A stretch of 64,000 nucleotides of DNA from an uncultured Clostridia bacterium (GCA_944386445.1 CALXBD010000093.1:36235-100234), one strand, 5' to 3'. Numbered from the stretch's first letter, positions 36,918-46,708 are shown. Program-made: numbers and translations. Notes: generated from the letters alone by a model not told the origin.

Positions 36918-36975
36918 TAAAGAGAAAAATACCACAGCCAATTTGATTCTTTAAAATCAGATCGGCTGCGGTATT
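36918..36975 (-). terminator. Intrinsic terminator after the sugar ABC operon
   Basis: Long imperfect hairpin aataccgcagccgatctgatt-ttaaag-aatcaaattggctgtggtatt, followed by TTTTTCTCTTT on the minus strand. Confidence 0.6.
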
Positions 36976-36994
36976 ATTTTGCTAATAAACGAAC

Positions 36995-38617
36995 TTACTC
37001 GGCGTTAAAGCGATCATATGCGGACTGATATACTGCCTGAAGCTCACTCATACCGAGGGTTTCCAGGGTGGACACATAGTTATCCCAGGTTGCGTCGTTG
37101 GAAATATCCTCAACGCCCATGATGAACTTATTCTTCATCTCGTTGACATAGCTGTCAAACTCGACTTTGTACTGGTCGATCACAGCCTGCTCTTCCTCTG
37201 TATAGGTGAAATACCGATCAGGGAACAAAGTACCTGTGGCATAGGGAAGCACTTTGGAAATATATCCCTTTTGACGTTCCTGGCTGTTACCAGGAGTAGA
37301 AGTGATATATTCGCCCATTTGCTGGAGGCCACACCAGTCATAAACAACATTTTCCATAATAAAGGTGGTATTTGTCTCAGCACCGCTTGGATCCTGCAGC
37401 GTATAAGTCTTTGTCTCCGGATCCATCTTGATGCAGTCACCATAGAAGAAGGTGATCCCGTACATATTGGAGCCTGGTGCAACCTCCTCTGTTGCAAAAG
37501 CAATGTCAAAAGTCCGAACCAGTTCTTCAATATAGGGGCTGTCTGCATTGATTGCGAAATTGGAAAACGGCATTACAGGCTGAGTTTCCGCACAGACAGG
37601 AGTATCGCCTTTATTCATAACAAAGGGGCTTAAAGTGCCGATGTGCAGCTGGCCGTCAGGGAACATTTCAGCAGTGACGCTCATTGCGCATTCAGCGAAG
37701 AAGATACCGGTTCCTTCCTGTACCAGCGCCAGGAATGCATTGGAGTCCATTGTGGCATATTCCTGATGAATGAGACCTTCATCATACAGTTTATGCACAT
37801 AAGTCAGGTAGTCACGATACTGCTGCTCTACGCGGCCGAAAAACACTTTTCCGGAATCATCCGTATTCCAATCGGGTCTGGCGTAATCCCCAAAAGCCGG
37901 GTAAAGTAGAGAACCAGTATATGAGCCCTCTGTTATACCGGTAACCAGAGGAGCTGCCCCGTTGTTGATTTCTTTGCACTTGGTCAGTACATCATAAAAT
38001 TCGTCAATAGTGGTAGGCTCTTCAAGACCGTTCTCTTCCAGGAAATCTGTCCGATAATGAAGGCGGCACATGGACAGGGTAGAAGATTCCTCAATGCGGG
38101 GCAGGACATAGATGCCGCCATCCTGCGAACGAGAGGATTTCTCCGCCAGAGGATATTCCTCAAAAACAGCCTGCAGATTCGGCATATAATCCAGCCAGTC
38201 ATTATAGTTGACGAGTTTTTGTCCCAGCACGCCATATTCATAAGCCTGTGTGGAGCCGATTCCAATGTGGAAGAAATCAGGCCATTCACCGGCGGCCAGG
38301 TAAACATTGAAAGCGTCGCCTTCCACATTGATAAATTCATAGTTTATGCCGGTAAATTCTCCCAGCTGTTTCCAAAAGCTGCGCTCATGAGTCATATCCT
38401 TGCCGACTACGACGCCTGTAACGGTAATATCCTCGTCTGTGATCGGATAGGTCGGCGTAAATGCCTCTCCACTCTGACTGCTTTCCGTTCCGCCGGAGTC
38501 GGCAGAAGATGTCGCTTTGGAAGATGTACTGCTGTCTCCTTCGTTACCGCAGCTACCAAAGGCTGCGGTCAGAAGGCAGGCTGCCAAAATTGTGGCTGCA
38601 ATTCGACGTTTCTTCAT
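36995..38617 (-). CDS. Extracellular solute-binding lipoprotein, large family-1 sugar SBP (LplA-like)
   Basis: Lipoprotein signal MKKRRIAATILAACLLTAAFGSCGN followed by a Ser/Thr-rich linker. Operon partner of two sugar permeases. Confidence 0.87.
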   Translation of the reverse strand: MKKRRIAATILAACLLTAAFGSCGNEGDSSTSSKATSSADSGGTESSQSGEAFTPTYPITDEDITVTGVVVGKDMTHERSFWKQLGEFTGINYEFINVEGDAFNVYLAAGEWPDFFHIGIGSTQAYEYGVLGQKLVNYNDWLDYMPNLQAVFEEYPLAEKSSRSQDGGIYVLPRIEESSTLSMCRLHYRTDFLEENGLEEPTTIDEFYDVLTKCKEINNGAAPLVTGITEGSYTGSLLYPAFGDYARPDWNTDDSGKVFFGRVEQQYRDYLTYVHKLYDEGLIHQEYATMDSNAFLALVQEGTGIFFAECAMSVTAEMFPDGQLHIGTLSPFVMNKGDTPVCAETQPVMPFSNFAINADSPYIEELVRTFDIAFATEEVAPGSNMYGITFFYGDCIKMDPETKTYTLQDPSGAETNTTFIMENVVYDWCGLQQMGEYITSTPGNSQERQKGYISKVLPYATGTLFPDRYFTYTEEEQAVIDQYKVEFDSYVNEMKNKFIMGVEDISNDATWDNYVSTLETLGMSELQAVYQSAYDRFNAE

Positions 38618-38702
38618 AAGATATTCTCCTCCTATTACTTTAAGCACTGATTTTATATCGGACAGACTTCCGGCCGGAACAGTCTGTCTTTGATATTCCT
38701 TG

Positions 38703-39599
38703 TTAGCCTTTGACAGAACCGATCATAACGCCTTTGACAAAGTATTTTTGCAGAAAGGGATAAAGTACCATAACCGGTAAAGAGGAAACTACAATCACCG
38801 CATATTTCAGAAGCTGTGCCAATTGGTATTGTTCTGCGGCAAATTCGTCACTGGCACCGCCGGACTCCATCATCGCGGCATTGGTTTGCGCCTCGACCAG
38901 AAGCCTGCGGAGAATCAGCTGAAGAGGTTTATATTCGTCTTTGTTGACATAGATCATCGCGTTGAAATAAGAATTCCAGTGGCCGATTGCGAAGTAAAGG
39001 ATCATAACCCCGAGCAGCGCTTGGGAAATAGGCAGTATGATCTGGAAAAAGCACCGGTATGTAGAACAACCGTCGATTTCTGCGGCCTCCTCCAGCTCTT
39101 TGGGAAGAGAACTGAAAAACGTGCGACAAATAATACAATTGTAGGTGCTGAAGGCGCCTAAAATCAACAGAATTGCCCGCGTGTTGTAAAGGCCTAAGCT
39201 TTTCACCACCAAAAATGTGGGGATCAAGCCGCCGCCGAAATACATAATGATCATGAAATATGCCATGAAAATATTCCGCCCCGGAATCTCCTTTTTGGAA
39301 AGGGCATACCCGCAAGGAATGGTGACAACCATATTGATGATCGTACCAAAAATCGTGTAAAAAATTGTATTTCCATAGCCGGACATAATACTTTTTTCCT
39401 GAAAAACGCCCTTATATCCGGCAAGTGTGGGGTCTACCGGAAGCAGCCACACTTTTCCGCCTCCTACAGCCGTTGGGTCGCTGAAAGAACAGGATACCAC
39501 ATAGAGCAGCGGATAAGTTATGATCAAAAGCAGTAAACACAAAATGATATACACTATTACTTCAAAGACGCGATCGCCTTTGCTTTCACGTATTTTCAT
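38703..39599 (-). CDS. Carbohydrate ABC transporter permease (LplC-like)
   Basis: Six TM segments with an EAA-type loop (EEAAEIDGCSTYRCFFQIILP). Confidence 0.92.
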   Translation of the reverse strand: MKIRESKGDRVFEVIVYIILCLLLLIITYPLLYVVSCSFSDPTAVGGGKVWLLPVDPTLAGYKGVFQEKSIMSGYGNTIFYTIFGTIINMVVTIPCGYALSKKEIPGRNIFMAYFMIIMYFGGGLIPTFLVVKSLGLYNTRAILLILGAFSTYNCIICRTFFSSLPKELEEAAEIDGCSTYRCFFQIILPISQALLGVMILYFAIGHWNSYFNAMIYVNKDEYKPLQLILRRLLVEAQTNAAMMESGGASDEFAAEQYQLAQLLKYAVIVVSSLPVMVLYPFLQKYFVKGVMIGSVKG

Positions 39600-39611
39600 A
39601 GCAGCCTCCTG

Positions 39612-40574
39612 TCAGAACAAGCTTGTATCGCTGAGCTTTTTGGCAATGGTATTGGCAAAAAGCAGCATAACAATATTCACAAGGTTATTAAAGATCCCTA
39701 CCGCCGTTGAAAAGCTATAGTTGGTATTGAGGATTCCTCGCTTATACACATAGGTGGAAATCACTTCGGAAACTTCAATGTTCAAATCATTCTGCATCAG
39801 GTAAATCTTTTCATATCCCACTGAGATCAGGCTGCCGATACGCATGACGAGCAGAATGGTAATCGTAGGGAGTATGGCAGGAAGATTGATATGTAAAATT
39901 CGCTGCAGCCGGCTGGCCCCGTCAATGCGAGCCGCCTCATGCAGCCCCGGATCTACGCCGGCCAAAGCCGCAATGTAAATAACTGCATTCCAGCCCAATT
40001 CCTGCCAAATGCCTGACCAAACGTACAAATGCGGAAACGCGTCAGGTGACGCAATAAAATAGACCCGCTCCATTCCCATGGCTTCCAACACGTTGTTGAC
40101 CAAACCGAAAGACGGCGAAAACAGCAGATTGATCATACCAACCAGCACCACCACTGAAATGAAATGCGGTGCATACATGATTGTCTGCGAAATTTTTCTG
40201 AATTTTTGTTGTGCTTCGTTGAGAAGAAGTGCTAAAATAATCGGAAGAGGAAATCCTGCCACCAGAGAATAGATGGTAATTACAAATGTATTCCGGATCA
40301 GCCTCCAAAAATAGGCGCCTTCAAAAAAGCTGATAAAATGCTTGAAGCCTACCCAAGGGCTGTCCAGATAGCCCAAAACCGGCCGGTAATCCTTAAAAGC
40401 GATTTGCAATCCGTACATGGGCGCGTAACAAAAAATCGCCACATATATGACAGCTGGCAGCATGAGAACATAATAGGCACGGTATTTCCAGATTTTTTGA
40501 CATACCGCTTGAAATTTTCCAGCATTCTGCCTGGCCTTACCCGCGGACTCTTCGCGAATCAGATTTGTTTCCAT
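39612..40574 (-). CDS. Carbohydrate ABC transporter permease (LplB-like)
   Basis: EAA loop HEAARIDGASRLQRILHINLP. ATG 40574 follows GGAAGGGAGAA. Confidence 0.9.
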   Translation of the reverse strand: METNLIREESAGKARQNAGKFQAVCQKIWKYRAYYVLMLPAVIYVAIFCYAPMYGLQIAFKDYRPVLGYLDSPWVGFKHFISFFEGAYFWRLIRNTFVITIYSLVAGFPLPIILALLLNEAQQKFRKISQTIMYAPHFISVVVLVGMINLLFSPSFGLVNNVLEAMGMERVYFIASPDAFPHLYVWSGIWQELGWNAVIYIAALAGVDPGLHEAARIDGASRLQRILHINLPAILPTITILLVMRIGSLISVGYEKIYLMQNDLNIEVSEVISTYVYKRGILNTNYSFSTAVGIFNNLVNIVMLLFANTIAKKLSDTSLF

Positions 40575-40841
40575 TGCGGATTCTCCCTTCCGTCCAAAAA
40601 AGTATGTGCAGCTATTGATTTTGCCACCGATGTATACAGCATGAACGAAATTAATCGGATTTTCAAGAATATTTTTTTGCAAAATTGCCTTTCAAAAAAA
40701 GAAATACACAATATTCAAATAAACCGTTAAACTATTGTGCATTTTGTGTAGCAAAAATTATGCTTTACAGAAATAAAAATATCTTTTTTTGCAGCATAAG
40801 TCTTTATACCGGTTTTTGCAAAAAAAGACAAATTAAATTTG

Positions 40842-40870
40842 TTGCTTTTTTTGTGGGAGAGGTTTACAAT
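40842..40870 (+). promoter_or_regulatory. Candidate promoter of the membrane AraC regulator gene
   Basis: TTGCTT-N17-TACAAT, 26 nt upstream of ATG 40896, in an AT-rich divergent intergenic region. Confidence 0.4.
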
Positions 40871-40895
40871 AAAGTAAAAACGCGGGAGGAATTCT

Positions 40896-42791
40896 ATGAA
40901 ATGTTTTGGCTGTGTCAAACGCCTTTCATCTCATCGGTATCTAGTGCAGCTTGCAGGCACCTGCGTTATTTTTTTGCTGCTGCCATGCCTGCTGGTAATC
41001 TATTCTGCAATTCAGCAATCCATTAAGGCCCTCACCGATACTACCAATCAATTCTATCTCCATACGACGGAATCCTTTTCCAGTTATTTTCAAAAGGAAC
41101 TCAATGATATGCGAACACACGCTTTGCAAATCAGCGCTGACAGCCGCAACTCGAAAAAGGAAGGCAGCGTCCTGTTACAGTTGGTTCAGCAGACAAACCC
41201 CTACTACTACAGTGAAGCCATTTCTTTGCTGAAAGGATATGGCCAGTCGAACCCGTCCTTTGTGGGAATCTACCTAGAAAATACAGACGCTTTCATCACT
41301 AGAAGCTATAAATATACGGCCGACAGTTACTTGAGCGCTTCATTAAATATTACTGATTCGGAATTGCAAAAAAAGCTGATCGACTTTTTTGCGTCTGATG
41401 ACAGTCCACGATTTCGTTTTGCATCCACATTCGGGAAGGGAGTCGACAGTCAGGAATTGCTGCTGATCGGGATCCCTGCCGCAGTTACAGCGCTGCGCTC
41501 CCCTGCCCTCTTTGTCTACGCCATCAGCGTTAACAGCATCGATACCACACAGTTTTCCTCACCGGGTACTTATGGCGCCCAATACGATATTTTCAGCGGT
41601 GGTGATCCATATTTGCTTTTTTCGACGGGGTGCCAAGACACAGCCGGTCTGGAAGAGATCGGCAGCCTGATCGATTTTGAACGCACAAGACTGGAAGGAA
41701 GTACCATCCAGGAAGTCAGTCAGAATGACCTGCAATACACTCTTTTTGCGGTTTGGGATACGTCTCTGGGATGCTATTGTGTGGTATCTGCCCCCTATGA
41801 TCAGATCAATCAAAGTGCCTACGATTACTACAGTGTGATGAAAATTATTTTACTGATTACAGTAGGAGTATTGACAATTCTGTTGGCAGTTTTGATCTAC
41901 ATAAACTACAGCCCCATCCTGCAAATCATCCGAAAGGTCCGGCCGGGTAACGGCGGTAAAAATGAATTATTGACCATCTCTACGGCCATCGATAGCATGA
42001 CCAATGAACTGAACGAGCAAAACATGTTGATAAAAGACTATCTTTTAAGCAATATTTTATATGGCAAGCCGATCCACGAAAATGACCTGCATCGTCTTGG
42101 AATCAATGGCTACGCGGGATATTATCAGGTATGTGCTATCACCGATATCAGCCTGACTACGGAGGAACGAGTCGGTCTTACCAATATTGCGCTGCAGAAA
42201 TTTTCCATTCCTATTTTTATTACGGATATTTGGCAGAAAAATCTGGCGGTGATCGTCTGTCTGCTCCCTGACGACGAAGACCAGGCCTTGCTGCAGTATC
42301 TGGACGACTGGCTGAAAAGCCGGCATCCGAAAAATCGCCTGTATACGGGAATGGTAGTAAATTCGGCAAATCGCATCCGGGAATCCTTTCTGTCCTGTTT
42401 TGATTCCCAAAGCGCAAAAGAGGAAGCCGCTGCTCCCACAAAGAAAACCGCTTCTCAGCAATCCGACCAGCTGGCCCAGGAGATTTTGGAGTATTTAAAG
42501 GAAAATTTCTGTTCCGCATCTATCAGTCAGACATCTGTGGCAGATCATTTCAAAATTTCAACCTATTCTCTGAGCCGTCTTTTCAAAAGCCAGTTCGGAA
42601 TCGGATTTACGGAATACATTTCGACTCAACGGATCGAATATGCAAAACAGCTGCTTTTAACTACGGATCAACCCGTATCGTCAGTCGCATCTACGGTGGG
42701 ACTGCCAAATGTCAACTACTTTTCAAGGCTGTTCAAATCCTGTGTCGGCGTACCGCCGCTGAGATATCGCAACCAGTTTATTAATGAGTGA
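40896..42791 (+). CDS. Membrane-bound one-component regulator: two TM helices flanking an extracytoplasmic sensor, with a C-terminal AraC HTH
   Basis: TM1 LAGTCVIFLLLPCLLVIYSAI, an extracellular segment of about 270 aa, and TM2 IILLITVGVLTILLAVLIYI. C-terminal AraC HTH (VADHFKISTYSLSRLFKSQFGIGFTEYI ... STVGLPNVNYFSRLFKSCVGVPPLRY). Confidence 0.8.
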   Translation: MKCFGCVKRLSSHRYLVQLAGTCVIFLLLPCLLVIYSAIQQSIKALTDTTNQFYLHTTESFSSYFQKELNDMRTHALQISADSRNSKKEGSVLLQLVQQTNPYYYSEAISLLKGYGQSNPSFVGIYLENTDAFITRSYKYTADSYLSASLNITDSELQKKLIDFFASDDSPRFRFASTFGKGVDSQELLLIGIPAAVTALRSPALFVYAISVNSIDTTQFSSPGTYGAQYDIFSGGDPYLLFSTGCQDTAGLEEIGSLIDFERTRLEGSTIQEVSQNDLQYTLFAVWDTSLGCYCVVSAPYDQINQSAYDYYSVMKIILLITVGVLTILLAVLIYINYSPILQIIRKVRPGNGGKNELLTISTAIDSMTNELNEQNMLIKDYLLSNILYGKPIHENDLHRLGINGYAGYYQVCAITDISLTTEERVGLTNIALQKFSIPIFITDIWQKNLAVIVCLLPDDEDQALLQYLDDWLKSRHPKNRLYTGMVVNSANRIRESFLSCFDSQSAKEEAAAPTKKTASQQSDQLAQEILEYLKENFCSASISQTSVADHFKISTYSLSRLFKSQFGIGFTEYISTQRIEYAKQLLLTTDQPVSSVASTVGLPNVNYFSRLFKSCVGVPPLRYRNQFINE

Positions 42792-42820
42792 TTTTGTTTC
42801 ACTTTGAAAGGAGATTTTTA

Positions 42821-44101
42821 ATGAATCGCACACTACCTACTGCAAAACAACTGGAATTTCTCGACTGGGAAATCGGAATGTTTTTCCATTTTGGGCTGCG
42901 GACCTTTTATCCCGGTCATGTGGATTGGGACAACCTTCCGATGGAAGCTGAAAAATTTGCTCCGGATGCCCTGGACTGCGGGCAATGGATGGAGGCCGCC
43001 AAAGCGCTGGGTGCAAAATATGCCATCATGACTTGCAAACATCACGACGGATTCGCACTGTGGCCCTCTAAATTTACCGATTTTTCGGTGAAAAAGTCCC
43101 CGTGGAAGGATGGAAAAGGGGATGTGGTTCGGGAATTCGTTGAAGCTTGCCGCAGCCATGACATAAAGGTAGGACTATATTATTCCCCGGCTCAATGGGG
43201 CGGAGAGCACTCCTTTGCCGCTGAAGATGACAAAACCTATGACGACTACTTTGTAGGACAGCTGAGTGAGTTGATGGGGAATTATGGAACCATTGATTAT
43301 CTGTGGCTGGATGGATGCGGTTCCGAAGGGCATAATTATGACCGCAGACGGATCGTGTCAGCGGTGCGGGAGCTGCAGCCCGATATTATGATTATGGGCA
43401 GCGTCTTAAGCCCCGGGGACGATAACCGTTGGATCGGGAACGAGGATGGCTTTGTTTCTCTGGAACACCACAATCTGGTGCGCCGGGTAGAATTTTCTGT
43501 CAATACCGCCGCGCGGCAGCTGGGAGAACCCCGGTTTATGCCTGCGGAATGTGATATGAGAATTCGGGATATCTGGTTCGGAGGCGCTGACAATGATGAA
43601 TATATAAAGCAGCCGGAGGAACTGCTGGGAAATTATGAGTATACGGTGGGACGAGGAGCCAATATGCTCTTGAACGTAGGACCCGACCAACACGGACGCA
43701 TCTGCGGCGCGGATATGGAAGTCCTTTGGAAAACCGGGCAAAAAATCAAGGCGATTTACGGGAACCCCCTGCCCTTCGGCCCTGTGACCAAAGAGGAAGC
43801 CGGCTGGACTATTACTCGTCCGGAATTCTCTTTGGGACGCGATGCCATCAGAGAAAGAGGACTTTGTAACCGTCTCGTTTTAGGCGAGGATCTCACCGAC
43901 GGCCAGAAAGTCCGGGCTTTCCGGGTGATCGCCGATATAAAGGGGCTTCGGATCTGCGTCTACCGCGGAGAAACCATTGGGCATAAGCAAATCTGCATGT
44001 TCCCGGCAGTCCCGGCTTCCAAATTTATTGTGGAGATCATCGAATCGGATGGGGAATGTAAAATTTCCTCAATGAATGCTTTTTTTGCGCAAGAATCTTA
44101 A
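42821..44101 (+). CDS. Alpha-L-fucosidase (GH29)
   Basis: GH29 hallmarks: FGMFFHFG-like IGMFFHFGL, CKHHDGFALWPS (nucleophile region), YYSP and DYLWLDG. No signal peptide. Confidence 0.9.
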   Translation: MNRTLPTAKQLEFLDWEIGMFFHFGLRTFYPGHVDWDNLPMEAEKFAPDALDCGQWMEAAKALGAKYAIMTCKHHDGFALWPSKFTDFSVKKSPWKDGKGDVVREFVEACRSHDIKVGLYYSPAQWGGEHSFAAEDDKTYDDYFVGQLSELMGNYGTIDYLWLDGCGSEGHNYDRRRIVSAVRELQPDIMIMGSVLSPGDDNRWIGNEDGFVSLEHHNLVRRVEFSVNTAARQLGEPRFMPAECDMRIRDIWFGGADNDEYIKQPEELLGNYEYTVGRGANMLLNVGPDQHGRICGADMEVLWKTGQKIKAIYGNPLPFGPVTKEEAGWTITRPEFSLGRDAIRERGLCNRLVLGEDLTDGQKVRAFRVIADIKGLRICVYRGETIGHKQICMFPAVPASKFIVEIIESDGECKISSMNAFFAQES

Positions 44102-44110
44102 CCAACAAAC

Positions 44111-44158
44111 AAAAGCGCAGGGTGGCTGTCGTTATCAAAGCCATCCTGCGCTTTTTTG
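44111..44158. terminator. Bidirectional terminator
   Basis: 17-bp stem, aaaagcgcagggtggct ... agccatcctgcgctttt, followed by TTTT. Confidence 0.8.
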
Positions 44159-44159
44159 T

Positions 44160-44726
44160 TTATGAATTCAATCCAAAGAATCGATGCCCCTCCATCTCCA
44201 ATGTCAGAGGAAGGCTTTCAAACCAGGCCGCTGTCGCTCCATCTGTCCAGCGGGGCGCATAGAAAAATACCGCGCCGCCGGTCACAGGTTTTAAATTTCC
44301 AGAAAGCGCATCCTCAACCGCCTGGAGCGTGTCCTCATCCGGAGGATAGGTCCGGTTGTACCAGTTTTGGACAGAGGTAAACTGCCCAGGCGCCAATAGT
44401 ACCTCCCGGATGGTATCCGGAAAACGGGGACTTTTTACACGGTTCAAAATAACCTCCGCTACCGCCCGCTTATGTTCCAAACTGCCGCCCCGCACCTCCT
44501 GCTGGATGATCCAGCCCATCATTTCCTGCTCTTCAGCTGTATACCATGTCGGAACTGGTTGGCAAGTATCTTGCGATACGGTGGCGACTGTGGGATACCA
44601 TAGCCTGCTTTCAATTACCTTTGCAGATTTTCCCCTTGCCGTCGCACCCATAAACATAGGCGAAATCCCTGCTCCCAAAAAGAGCCATCCGGCAAACAGA
44701 ACTGCCCCTACTCTGTAAAAAATCAT
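44160..44726 (-). CDS. Cell wall hydrolase, SleB/CwlJ (Hydrolase_2) family, signal-anchored
   Basis: KRAVAEVILNRVKSPRFPDTIREVLLAPGQFTSV is typical of the spore cortex-lytic hydrolase fold. ATG 44726 follows AGGAGGAC. Confidence 0.8.
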   Translation of the reverse strand: MIFYRVGAVLFAGWLFLGAGISPMFMGATARGKSAKVIESRLWYPTVATVSQDTCQPVPTWYTAEEQEMMGWIIQQEVRGGSLEHKRAVAEVILNRVKSPRFPDTIREVLLAPGQFTSVQNWYNRTYPPDEDTLQAVEDALSGNLKPVTGGAVFFYAPRWTDGATAAWFESLPLTLEMEGHRFFGLNS

Positions 44727-44890
44727 CTTAACGTCCTCCTGTCTTAAAGAGTTCGATAAGAGGATTGGCAGATGAAGGGATTTTATTCCACAGAGCAGGG
44801 GCTTATGTAAAGAATGAGATGCTCCCTTGCTTTTCAAAGGATAACATGTTACAATAAAAGTAATTTTTTGGGAAGGAGTTATCATTTGCT

Positions 44891-45778
44891 ATGAAGCAAA
44901 AAAAATCCTATAAATCAATACGGCCGGATGCCATTGTAAAAGAATATCGCCTGACAATTATTGTACTTTGGATTCTTCATGTTCTGACAGTTCCTCTGGC
45001 AATTTTCTTCCTGTGGCGGGGCTTTTCCGGCCAAACATCTCCCGTCAATGGCGTTATGTCGGCTTTTGTGGCCTGCTTTGCCAACTATTTGATTTATGTT
45101 GTGCGAATCTATAAGCTAAACCAGTTAAACAGCATCCTTACGATGGATTGTGATCCTGTTAAATATGAAAAGGTATTTCGGAAGATTCGCGGCGGTCTAT
45201 GGAAAAATCCGGTCTATACCCTGAATATTGCCCGGGCCAGATATTACCAGGGGGATTGGCAGGGGGCTATGTCTGAGCTGAAAGCTATGGCAAAACCAAG
45301 GGAGAAGTCTATTCTGACCTTTCAATACTACAACTTGATGGTCAGCTGCCTGGAACAGGAAGGCAATTTCGACCGTATTGTCGAGATCCGCGAAAAAGTG
45401 AAAAAGCTGTTGTCAACTCTCAAGGAGAAGTCCAACCTGGCTGCCAACGGCAGACAGCTGCTGACAATTATTGACGGGGTTTTAACCGTTCATCGTCAAA
45501 ATATCACCAGGGCAAAGGAAATCTACGAGGAGCTATATGAAAATGCTTCTTTTACTCTCAGCCGGCTGACGGCTTTGTGGAAGCTGGCACAGCTGGATCA
45601 TCTTACCGGTGCAAACCGCAGTGCCGCAGATCACTGTGAATACATCATTGACGCGGGCGGAACAACGTTTTTTGTAAAAGAGGCGGAAAGCCTTCTGCCG
45701 CAATGCCGCCGTCCTGTTCAAGTAGAAGAGACTTCCTGCGACGAATCTTTGGAGGACGAGTCTGATGGAACTGAGTGA
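44891..45778 (+). CDS. Hypothetical membrane-anchored helical-repeat (TPR-like) protein
   Basis: Two N-terminal TM helices, then an alpha-helical repeat-like region and an acidic tail. Overlaps the next gene by 14 nt. Confidence 0.45.
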   Translation: MKQKKSYKSIRPDAIVKEYRLTIIVLWILHVLTVPLAIFFLWRGFSGQTSPVNGVMSAFVACFANYLIYVVRIYKLNQLNSILTMDCDPVKYEKVFRKIRGGLWKNPVYTLNIARARYYQGDWQGAMSELKAMAKPREKSILTFQYYNLMVSCLEQEGNFDRIVEIREKVKKLLSTLKEKSNLAANGRQLLTIIDGVLTVHRQNITRAKEIYEELYENASFTLSRLTALWKLAQLDHLTGANRSAADHCEYIIDAGGTTFFVKEAESLLPQCRRPVQVEETSCDESLEDESDGTE

Positions 45779-46553
45779 AATTCGGAAGGAAATCGACCAA
45801 ATCAATCAGGAAATGCAACGCCTCTTTGAAAGGAGAATGGACCTTTGCGGCCAGGTGGCTGAATATAAGGGCGCTCACGGAATGGAGATCTTTGCTCCCG
45901 CTAGGGAAGAAGAAATTTTACAGGCGGTCCGCAGCCGCGCAATTCCTCCCATGCAGGAATATGATGTGGCTTTTTTTGAGAATCTGATGTCTTTGAGCCG
46001 TAAATATCAGGCGGCCCTGTTGGGAATTGATCCCAACAGTCCGGCTGTCTTGCCGCAGCGCTTTGAAACGGCTCGGCTTCAGCTGCGCCCCTTACGACGA
46101 GAGGACCTTCCGCCTGTCTATTCGCTGACTTCCGACCCGGAAGTGGCACGATATCTGCGCTTTTCTGCCCATACGGATCCTTCCCAGACTTTGGAACTGA
46201 TTGATGCGCTGACAGCCCAAGGGAACCACGGCTTTTTGGTGATGACTCGCCCTGCCGGAATTTTTGCCGGGGTTTTCGCCCTGAAGTCAGATCGGAATGA
46301 TGCGACGATCGCCGATATAACCCTGTTCCTGGACAAACAGTTCTGGAACCGCGGGTTCGCAGGAGAACTTTTGGAATTTGCACGGAAAGAAGCTCCTAAA
46401 ATGGGATTCCATTCTTTGCAGGCCTGGACCGCTGATGGTAATATTCCTTCGCGAAAGGCTTTGGAAAAAGCCGGATTTACTTTTCAACAGCGTTTTACCT
46501 TACGGGGAATGGAGCACGGCGTAAGTATCTATCAATTGCTGCTTGACGCATAA
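45765..46553 (+). CDS. Fusion protein: AroQ-type chorismate mutase (N) + GNAT (RimJ/RimL-like) acetyltransferase (C)
   Basis: The N-terminal 85 aa, LSEIRKEIDQINQEMQRLFERRMDLCGQVAEYKGAHGMEIFAPAREEEIL, match the CM_2 pattern. The C-terminal part, ARLQLRPLRREDLPPVYSLTSDPEVARYLRF ... FWNRGFAGELLEF, matches the GNAT pattern. Confidence 0.72.
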   Translation: MELSEIRKEIDQINQEMQRLFERRMDLCGQVAEYKGAHGMEIFAPAREEEILQAVRSRAIPPMQEYDVAFFENLMSLSRKYQAALLGIDPNSPAVLPQRFETARLQLRPLRREDLPPVYSLTSDPEVARYLRFSAHTDPSQTLELIDALTAQGNHGFLVMTRPAGIFAGVFALKSDRNDATIADITLFLDKQFWNRGFAGELLEFARKEAPKMGFHSLQAWTADGNIPSRKALEKAGFTFQQRFTLRGMEHGVSIYQLLLDA

Positions 46554-46645
46554 TACTTCACAATTCTTATACTAATAGCGAAGCCGGTTGTGGTATTCGC
46601 CTCTCCAGTTATGATGTGATAAACTATTTATGCACTTCATAACAT

Positions 46646-46708
46646 GACCTCCTGTGATTTTTGTGTGGTTGCCAAACCACCCCTATACTATCACAGGAGG
46701 TCTTTTTT
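46646..46708 (+). terminator. Compound (nested) hairpin terminator between convergent genes
   Basis: Outer 13-bp stem gacctcctgtgat/atcacaggaggtc encloses an inner 6-bp stem gtggtt-gcca-aaccac, followed by TTTTTT. Confidence 0.6.

Noticed and set aside
40672-40820. Three T5-7GCA motifs (40672-40681, 40784-40793, 40813-40820) in the divergent intergenic region, as possible AraC operator repeats.
   Set aside because: The motif is short and low-complexity in a very AT-rich spacer, with irregular spacing and no extended conserved half-site. It is not distinguishable from background by eye.
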